A stretch of 64,000 bases of DNA from Escherichia coli (GTDB lineage Bacteria > Pseudomonadota > Gammaproteobacteria > Enterobacterales > Enterobacteriaceae): the NCBI RefSeq assembly GCF_003018115.1, contig NZ_CP027457.1; one strand, given 5' to 3'. The first letter of the stretch is position 1; each line of letters starts with the position of its first letter. The notes under the pieces were generated by a model that saw only the letters and a program-made list of their open reading frames with translations, had not been told where the DNA came from and made no database searches. A program made the position numbers and the translations under genes. Below, piece after piece: positions 55,907 through 64,000 of this stretch.

Positions 55907-56172
55907 TGCTCTCCCTGATTGCTTTAATGAAAAAGTCATATAAGTTGCCATGAACAATGTTTATTCATCCTGGCGATGATAGTTATCACCATTATTCTTT
56001 ATGGGTATAAAACTATCGGCGCAGCATCCTACCCGTTATCGATAAACGATGCAAAACATCCCCTTACAATCCTGAAGGGGAATAATACAACTGACGAAAA
56101 AATGACAAATCCTTTTGCTGGTTAACCTGTGTACTGTCCTACACTTAATCTTTAAAAGATTGTGAGGGGCAT

Positions 56173-56790
56173 ATGATTAAGGTGTATGGCGTACCCGGAT
56201 GGGGCTCTACAATCAGTGAGCTGATGCTAACACTGGCTGATATTCCTTATCAGTTCTTTGATGTCAGTGGTTTTGACCACGAGGGAACTTCACGCGAGTT
56301 ATTGAAAACCCTGAACCCGTTGTGTCAGATTCCGACACTGGCGCTGGAAAATGACGAGATTATGACGGAGACAGCGGCGATTGCATTGATGGTTCTCGAT
56401 CGTCGCCCGGACCTTGCGCCACCGGTTGGGCGCGCCGAACGTCAGCTGTTTCAACGGCTATTGGTCTGGCTGGTTGCTAATGTCTATCCAACATTCACTT
56501 TCGCCGATTACCCTGAGCGTTGGGCTCCTGACGCACCTGAACAGTTAAAGAAGAATGTTATTGAATATCGAAAATCGCTTTATATCTGGTTGAATTCGCA
56601 GCTCACTGCTGAACCTTATGCGTTTGGTGAGCAACTAACGCTGGTGGACTGTTATCTTTGCACTATGCGCACATGGGGGCCTGGGCATGAATGGTTTCAG
56701 GATAATGCCACGAATATCAGTGCGATTGCTGATGCTGTATGTCAGTTACCGAAATTACAAGAAGTATTAAAAAGGAATGAAATTATTTGA
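56173..56790 (+). CDS. yncG: glutathione S-transferase homologue
   Basis: 205-aa ORF with thioredoxin-like N-domain. Confidence 0.8.
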   Translation: MIKVYGVPGWGSTISELMLTLADIPYQFFDVSGFDHEGTSRELLKTLNPLCQIPTLALENDEIMTETAAIALMVLDRRPDLAPPVGRAERQLFQRLLVWLVANVYPTFTFADYPERWAPDAPEQLKKNVIEYRKSLYIWLNSQLTAEPYAFGEQLTLVDCYLCTMRTWGPGHEWFQDNATNISAIADAVCQLPKLQEVLKRNEII

Positions 56791-56865
56791 GTGGGATACC
56801 AGAAGATTATGTTATTTATTATTCAGTAACTTTATCCACAATGATGGGCGTAATTAATTAAATTC

Positions 56866-57078
56866 ATGGTATGTTTTTTAATTTATATCACTCTCCTTTT
56901 CATTCAGCGTGTCTATTTCATTTCCTCTGAAAAGAAACTAACTATTCACATTGTGCAGATGGTTCAGTTGTTATCACAGGCATTCTATAATCTCAAAATG
57001 TTTTTAATGATGGATATGCTCGGAGTTGGAGATGCAATTAATATTAATACAAATAAAAATATCCGGCAGGTATGCTAA
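56866..57078 (+). CDS. yncH: small hydrophobic protein in AT-rich tract
   Basis: 70-aa ORF; weak coding signal, assignment mainly by position. Confidence 0.5.
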   Translation: MVCFLIYITLLFIQRVYFISSEKKLTIHIVQMVQLLSQAFYNLKMFLMMDMLGVGDAININTNKNIRQVC

Positions 57079-57897
57079 AAGGATAAATGGCGTTCTCTGT
57101 ATTTATTCGCAATTATCTGTAGGACAAATATGGAGAGCTTGATGAGTCAGAGCTAAAACAGCAATTGATTAATAAACATGTTGATTTATTCAAGAAAATG
57201 GATGTATTTTAAATGTTGATTCTTAATATAACCTAATCAATAGATTATCAAGTGAGAGCTACACATTATTGGAGGGGCAGGGGAAAACACCATTTTGGGA
57301 ACAATGCATCAGGTACTCTTACCACTGAAGCAAGATCATCCGGCACCAGGTGGTGGTGCAGTGCTTTGGAAATGGTCCCCTCGGGGGAGTTGTCATTATT
57401 TTCTATGCTATTTGCTTATTATATTCATCAGGTGAATTTAATAAATTCCTAATTTGAAATATCCACTATTAAGCTAGTGTTTAACGACGTTAAGATGGCA
57501 ATGTGCAGATCATGTTATCAGGGTGGGGCGGTAGCGTATATTCCTTATACAAACCATCATTCATTTCAATGATTGTTATTGAATTATTTATTGTTGTGAA
57601 TAAAAAGACATTATGAATATTGGTTTGACTTTGCATATCAGGTTTTTTATTACTCGCTGTAATGTACGAGCCTGTCGTGAATAACGTCGAGAACCCATCC
57701 GTTGCGTTTGTGATTATTTTGTTGACTAAACAGACACCCGTTTCTCTGAAGTAAAATCCCAGACTAAATCATCACATAACCATGACATTTTTCTGATATT
57801 CCCCGGTAACGCCAGATGTCGACTCGCTTATCTCATCCGCCCGACATGTTGTACATGCAATATGTGCGGATTATTATTCATTTTCACGGAGGTTGCT

Positions 57898-60006
57898 ATG
57901 TCAACCGGATTACGTTTCACACTGGAAGTGGACGGCCTGCCACCGGACGCTTTTGCGGTGGTTTCCTTTCATCTCACCCAGTCACTCTCTTCACTCTTTT
58001 CCCTCGATCTCTCCCTGGTCAGCCAGCAGTTTCTCTCCCTTGAATTTGCGCAGGTGCTGGACAAAATGGCCTACCTGACAATATGGCAGGGTGATGATGT
58101 ACAGCGCCGGGTGAAAGGTGTGGTGACCTGGTTTGAACTGGGGGAGAACGACAAAAACCAGATGCTGTACAGCATGAAGGTGCACCCGCCGCTGTGGCGT
58201 GCCGGTCTGCGCCAGAACTTCCGTATCTTCCAGAACGAGGACATCAAAAGCATCCTCGGCACGATATTGCAGGAAAACGGGGTGACCGAGTGGAGTCCGC
58301 TGTTCAGTGAACCGCATCCTTCCCGTGAGTTTTGTGTCCAGTACGGTGAGACTGATTACGATTTCCTGTGCCGGATGGCGGCGGAGGAAGGCATCTTCTT
58401 TTATGAGGAGCATGCTTACAAAAGTACCGACCAGAGCCTGGTGCTGTGCGACACGGTCCGCCATCTGCCCGAATCTTTTGAAATCCCCTGGAACCCGAAC
58501 CCCCGTACCGAGGTGAGCACCCTCTGCATCAGCCAGTTTCGCTACAGCGCACAAATCCGCCCTTCTTCCGTGGTGACCAAAGACTACACCTTTAAACGCC
58601 CCGGCTGGGCAGGACGTTTTGATCAGGAAGGCCAGCACCAGGATTACCAGCGCACGCAGTATGAGGTGTATGACTACCCCGGACGTTTCAAGGGCGCCCA
58701 CGGGCAGAACTTTGCCCGCTGGCAGATGGAGGGCTGGCGAAACAATGCAGAAACCGCGCGGGGAATGAGTCGCTCGCCGGAGATATGGCCGGGACGGCGA
58801 ATTGTGCTGACGGGGCATCCGCAGGCGAACCTGAACCGGGAATGGCAGGTGGTGGCGAGCGATCTTCACGGCGAACAGCCGCAGGCGGTACCGGGACGCA
58901 GGGGTTCAGGCACCACGCTGGATAACCATTTTGCGGTAATACCGGCAGACCGGACATGGCGACCACAGCCGTTGCTGAAACCGCTGGTGGATGGCCCGCA
59001 GAGCGCCGTCGTGACGGGACCGGCAGGCGAGGAAATCTTCTGCGACGAACATGGTCGCGTGCGGGTGAAATTTAACTGGGACCGCTATAACCCGTCAAAC
59101 CAGGACAGTTCATGCTGGATCCGTGTGGCACAGGCGTGGGCAGGCACCGGCTTTGGCAACCTGGCGATACCGCGTGTGGGTCAGGAGGTGATTGTGGACT
59201 TCCTCAACGGCGATCCGGACCAGCCGATTATTATGGGGCGTACCTACCACCAGGAAAACCGCACACCCGGCAGCCTGCCGGGGACGAAGACGCAGATGAC
59301 CATTCGTTCGAAAACCTATAAGGGCAGCGGGTTTAATGAACTGAAGTTTGACGATGCGACAGGGAAAGAACAGGTCTACATCCACGCGCAGAAGAACATG
59401 AACACCGAGGTGCTGAATAACCGCACCACGGATGTGATAAACAACCATGCTGAGACCATTGGCAACAATCAGATGATTGCGGTTACCAACAATCAGATAC
59501 AGACGGTGGGCGTTAACCAGATAGAGACGGTGGGCAGTAACCAGATCATTAACGTGGGTTCTGTTCAGGTGGAAACGATTGGACTTGTTCGTGCGCTGAC
59601 CGTGGGCGTGGCGTACCAGACGACGGTAGGTGGCATTATGAACACTTCGGTGGCTCTGATGCAGTCCTCGCAGATCGGTTTGCATAAATCGTTGAGGGTC
59701 GGGCTGGGTTATGACGTCAAAGTCGGAAATAACGTTACCTTCACCGTTGGTAAAACGAAAAAGGATGATACCGGGCAGACCGCGATTTACTCCGCCGGTG
59801 AGCATCTGGAGCTCTGCTGTGGTAAGGCAAAGCTGGTGCTGACAAAGGACGGTCAAATTTTTCTCAACGGCACAAAAATTCATTTGCAGGGTAAGGAGCA
59901 GGTTAATGGTGACTCACTGTTGATTAACTGGAACTGTGCAGCCTCGAAATCCCCACCGAAGACCCCTGATGAAAAGCAGGATACGCCGGATATGAGAGAG
60001 TACTGA
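57898..60006 (+). CDS. vgrG: VgrG-family protein (T6SS spike, gp27/gp5-like) with Val-Gly repeat C-terminal region
   Basis: ATG at 57898 after GGAGG; MSTGLRFTLEVDGLPPDAF...; VG-rich repeats (NNQMIAVTNNQIQTVGVNQIETVGSNQIINVGSVQVETIG); high GC. Confidence 0.85.
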   Translation: MSTGLRFTLEVDGLPPDAFAVVSFHLTQSLSSLFSLDLSLVSQQFLSLEFAQVLDKMAYLTIWQGDDVQRRVKGVVTWFELGENDKNQMLYSMKVHPPLWRAGLRQNFRIFQNEDIKSILGTILQENGVTEWSPLFSEPHPSREFCVQYGETDYDFLCRMAAEEGIFFYEEHAYKSTDQSLVLCDTVRHLPESFEIPWNPNPRTEVSTLCISQFRYSAQIRPSSVVTKDYTFKRPGWAGRFDQEGQHQDYQRTQYEVYDYPGRFKGAHGQNFARWQMEGWRNNAETARGMSRSPEIWPGRRIVLTGHPQANLNREWQVVASDLHGEQPQAVPGRRGSGTTLDNHFAVIPADRTWRPQPLLKPLVDGPQSAVVTGPAGEEIFCDEHGRVRVKFNWDRYNPSNQDSSCWIRVAQAWAGTGFGNLAIPRVGQEVIVDFLNGDPDQPIIMGRTYHQENRTPGSLPGTKTQMTIRSKTYKGSGFNELKFDDATGKEQVYIHAQKNMNTEVLNNRTTDVINNHAETIGNNQMIAVTNNQIQTVGVNQIETVGSNQIINVGSVQVETIGLVRALTVGVAYQTTVGGIMNTSVALMQSSQIGLHKSLRVGLGYDVKVGNNVTFTVGKTKKDDTGQTAIYSAGEHLELCCGKAKLVLTKDGQIFLNGTKIHLQGKEQVNGDSLLINWNCAASKSPPKTPDEKQDTPDMREY

Positions 60007-60073
60007 TCCCGTACCTGTTCGATATTCATTAACAAACCAGCATTAAAAATAAACAGAAGAAGGAATTTGAATC

Positions 60074-63000
60074 ATGAGCGGAAAACCAGCGGCGCGTCAG
60101 GGAGATATGACTCAGTATGGCGGTCCCATTGTCCAGGGTTCGGCAGGTGTAAGAATTGGCGCGCCAACTGGCGTGGCGTGCTCGGTGTGTCCGGGCGGGA
60201 TGACCTCGGGCAACCCGGTGAACCCGCTGCTCGGTGCAAAAGTACAGCCCGGCGAGACGGACCTTGCGCTGCCCGGCCCGCTGCCGTTCATTCTCTCCCG
60301 CACCTACAGCAGCTACCGGACCCGGACGCCTGCACCGGTGGGCGTTTTCGGCCCCGGCTGGAAAGCGCCTTCTGATATCCGCTTACAGCTACGTGATGAC
60401 GGACTGATACTCAACGACAACGGCGGGCGGAGCATTCACTTTGAGCCGCTGCTGCCAGGGGAGGCGGTGTACAGCCGCAGCGAGTCCCTGTGGCTGGTGC
60501 GCGGTGGTAAGGCAGCACAGCCGGACGGCCATACGCTGGCACGGCTGTGGGCGTCGCTGCCGCCGGATATCCGGTTAAGCCCGCATCTTTACCTGGCGAC
60601 CAACAGCGCACAGGGGCCGTGGTGGATACTGGGGTGGTCTGAGCGGGTGCCGGGTGCTGAGGACGTACTGCCAGCGCCGCTGCCGCCGTACCGGGTGCTT
60701 ACCGGGATGGCGGACCGCTTCGGGCGGACGCTGACGTACCGGCGTGACGGACGGTGCCGGGCGTGAGTTCCGTCTGGTGCTGACCACACAGGCGCAGCGG
60801 GCGGAAGAGGCCCGGCAGCAGGCGGTCGTCGCCGGAGCAAAACGACCGGACATTCCTGATTCACTGCCGGAGAGCACAGAGTACGGCCCCGACAGGGGTA
60901 TCCGTCTTTCAGCGGTGTGGCTGATGCACGACCCGGCATACCCGGAGAATCTGCCCGGTGCGCCACTGGCGCGGTACACGTATACGGAAGCCGGTGAACT
61001 GCTGGCGGTATATGACCGCAGCAATACGCAGGTGCGTGCTTTCACGTATGACCCGCAGCACCCGGGCCGGATGGTGGCGCACCGTTACGCGGGAAGGCCG
61101 GAGATGCGCTACCGCTACGACGATACGGGGCGGGTGGTGGAGCAACTGAACCCGGCAGGGTTAAGCTACCGCTATCTTTATGAGCAGGACCGCATCACCG
61201 TCACCGACAGCCTGAACCGGCGTGAGGTGCTGCATACAGAAGGCGGGGCCGGGCTGAAGCGGGTGGTGAAAAAAGAACTGGCGGACGGCAGCGTCACGCG
61301 CAGCGGGTATGACCCGGTGGGGCGGCTTACGGCGCAGACGGACGCGGCGGGACGGCGGACAGAGTACGGTCTGAATGTGGTGTCAGTCGACATCACGGAT
61401 ATCACCACGCCGGACGGGCGGGAGACGAAATTTTACTATAACGACGGGAACCAGTTAACGGCAGTGGTGTACCCGGACGGGCTGGAGAGCAGCCGGGCAT
61501 ATGATGAGCTGGACAGGCTGGTAACGGAGACATCGCGCAGCGGGGAGACAGTACGCTACCGCTATGATGATGCGCACAGTGAATTACCGGCCACAACAAC
61601 AGATGCGACGGGCAGCACCCGGCAGATGACGTGGAGCCGCTACGGTCAGTTGCTGGCGTTCACCGACTGCTCGGGCTACCAGACCCGCTATGAATACGAC
61701 CGCTTCGGCCAGATGACGGCGGTCCACCGCGAGGAAGGCATCAGCCTTTACCGCCGCTATGACAACCGTGGCCGGTTAATCTCGGTGAAAGACGCACAGG
61801 GCCATGAAACGCGGTATGAATACAACGCCGCAGGCGACCTGACTGCCCTCATTACCCCGGACGGCAACCGGAGCGAGACACAGTACGATGCGTGGGGAAA
61901 GGCGGTCAGCACCACGCAGGGCGGGCTGACGCGCAGTATGGAATACGACCTTGCCGGACGCATCACCACGCTGACCAACGAGAACGGCAGCCGGAGTGAG
62001 TTTACCTACGATGCGCTTGACCGGCTGGTACAGCAGCGCGGCTTTGACGGGCGGACGCAACGTTACCACTATGACCTGACCGGAAAACTCACGCAGAGTG
62101 AAGATGAGGGGCTTGTCACCCTCTGGCACTACGACGAATCGGACCGCCTCACTCACCGCACGGTGAACGGCGAACCGGCAGAGCAGTGGCAGTATGATGG
62201 CCACGGCTGGCTGACAGAAATCAGCCACCTGAGCGAAGGCCATCAGGTGGCGGTGCATTACGGTTATGATGATAAGGGCCGCCTGGCCGGGGAGCGCCAG
62301 ACGGTGCATAACCCGGAGACGGGGGAACTGCTGTGGCAGCATGAGACAGAGCACGCATACAACGAACAGGGGCTGGCAAACCGCGTCACGCCGGACGGCC
62401 TGCCGCGGGTGGAGTGGCTGACCTACGGCAGCGGTTATCTTGCGGGGATGAAGCTGGGCGGGACACCTCTGGTCGAGTATACGCGGGACCGCCTGCACCG
62501 GGAAACTGCGCGCAGCTTTGGTAACGGAACGGGCAGTACAGCCGCATATGAACTGACCAGCACTTACACCCCCGCAGGCCGGTTACAGAGCCAGCACCTG
62601 AACAGCCTGATGTATGACCGTGACTACGTGTGGAATGACAACGGCGACCTGGTGCGCATCAGCGGCCCGCGACAGACGCGGGAATACGGCTACAGCGCCA
62701 CGGGCAGGCTGGAGAGCGTGCGCACCCTCGCACCGGACCTGGACATCCGCATCCCGTATGCCACCGACCCGGCGGGAAACCGGCTGCCGGACCCGGAGCT
62801 ACACCCGGACAGCACGCTCACGGCGTGGCCGGATAACCGCATCGCGGAGGATGCGCACTATGTTTACCACTATGATGAATACGGCAGGCTGACGGAGAAG
62901 ACGGACCGCATCCCGGCGGGTGTGATACGGACGGACGACGAGCGGACCCACCACTACCACTACGACAGCCAGCACCGTCTGGTGTTCTACACGCGGATAC

Positions 63001-64000
63001 AGCATGGCGAGCCGCAGGTGGAGAGCCGCTACCTCTGTGACCCGCTGGGACGGCGAATGGCGAAACGGGTATGGCGGCGGGAGCGTGACCTGACAGGATG
63101 GATGTCGCTGTCGCGTAAACCGGAGGTGACGTGGTATGGCTGGGACGGAGACAGGCTGACGACGGTACAGACAGACCAGACCCGTATCCAGACGGTCTAC
63201 CAGCCGGGGAGCTTCACGCCGCTCATCCGTATCGAGACAGAGAACGGCGAACGGGAGAAAATGCAGCGCCGCAGCCTAGCGGAGAAGTTACAGTCGGAAG
63301 GGAGTGAGGACGGTCACGGTGTGGTGTTCCCGGCTGAGCTGGTGAGGATGCTGGACAGGCTGGAGGAAGAAATCCGGGCAGGCCGCGTGAGCAGTGAAAG
63401 CCGGGCGTGGCTTGCGCAGTGCGGGCTGACGGTGGAGCAACTGGCCAGACAGGTGGAGCCGGAATACACACCGGCGCGAAAAGTTCATCTTTATCACTGC
63501 GACCACCGGGGCCTGCCGCTGGCGCTCATCAGCGAAGACGGCAATACGGCGTGGCGCGGGGAGTATGATGAATGGGGCAACCAGCTTAATGAGGAGAACC
63601 CGCATCATGTGTATCAGCCATACCGCCTGCCGGGGCAGCAGTATGATGAGGAGTCGGGGCTGTACTATAACCGCAACCGGTACTATGATCCGTTGCAGGG
63701 GAGGTATATTACCCAGGATCCGATTGGGCCAGTGGGGGGGTGGAATCCCTATAGTTATGTGCTTAATAATCCAGCCCAGTTTATTGACCCAACAGGTTTA
63801 ACTCAAGAGGACAATTGGACCTATGGTGAGGTAGGTAATAGCTGTGTTACGAGTCAACGCGATTTTACTCCCCCGCCCGGACTTGCGGATATGAAAGCCA
63901 GCATTGGCGCTGCCTGCTCAAGAAACAATGCTTCCAGAAACTGCCACCCCGTAGATGGTAGTAATGCTTCTGCACCATCGGATAAAGCCGCATGGGAAAA
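60074..64000 (+). pseudogene. rhsE: Rhs-family polymorphic toxin gene (PAAR-like N-domain, YD-repeat core, start of C-terminal toxin), interrupted by a frame change near 60732-60766; 3' end beyond window
   Basis: N-terminal 230-codon ORF 60074-60766 (MSGKPAARQGDMTQYGGPIVQGSAGVRIGAPTGVACSVCPGG...); core continues in frame +1 from 60735 ([25 protein letters not shown]...) with YD repeats to a DPxGL core end at 63786-63800, then a divergent lower-GC C-terminal region. Confidence 0.7.

Noticed and set aside
57252-57452. 66-aa ORF in the AT-rich tract before vgrG
   Set aside because: No convincing RBS, odd composition, and sits in a probable junk region; not called as a gene.
57991-58869. 292-aa minus-strand ORF inside vgrG, and similar ORFs at 59110-59883 and 61776-62498
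   Set aside because: Antisense to VgrG and Rhs coding sequence; high GC content creates long spurious open frames.
60411-61045. Several Arg/Pro-rich minus-strand ORFs within the rhs gene
   Set aside because: Composition-driven artefacts of the GC-rich Rhs core; none has a start context.

Overview
This 64-kb window reads as Escherichia coli-type core chromosome, colinear with the K-12 map from the distal half of the phenylacetate (paa) operon through to an rhsE-like Rhs element. Gene identities are from reading the translated ORFs against remembered protein sequences and family signatures; no database search was run. Order: paaGHIJK-paaXY, ydbC, a disrupted ydbD/ynbB region, ynbC, ynbD, azoR, hrpA, ydcF, aldA, gapC (intact here), cybB, rydC sRNA, ydcA, hokB/mokB, trg, ydcI, ydcJ (frame-disrupted), opgD, ydcH, rimL, ydcK, tehAB, ydcL (frameshifted), an IS200/IS605-family element (IS609-like; tnpA with in-frame stop, intact tnpB/insQ), ydcO, ydcN, rlhA/ydcP, yncJ, hicAB, ydcR, ydcSTUV-patD, yncL, ortT, ydcY, ydcZ, mnaT, curA, mcbR, yncD, yncE, ansP, yncG, yncH, then a GC-rich vgrG gene and a PAAR/Rhs gene running off the window end. 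No rRNA, tRNA or CRISPR array was seen. I did not find a clearly novel multi-gene system. The best leads are the orphan vgrG-Rhs toxin module with a frame break and a truncated C-terminal toxin, the IS-borne TnpB with a nonsense-interrupted TnpA, the rearranged ydbD-ynbB interval within a cryptic CdsA-like lipid operon, and several gene-inactivating lesions (ydcJ, ydcL). Four toxin-type loci (hokB, hicAB, ortT, Rhs) lie within about 40 kb.
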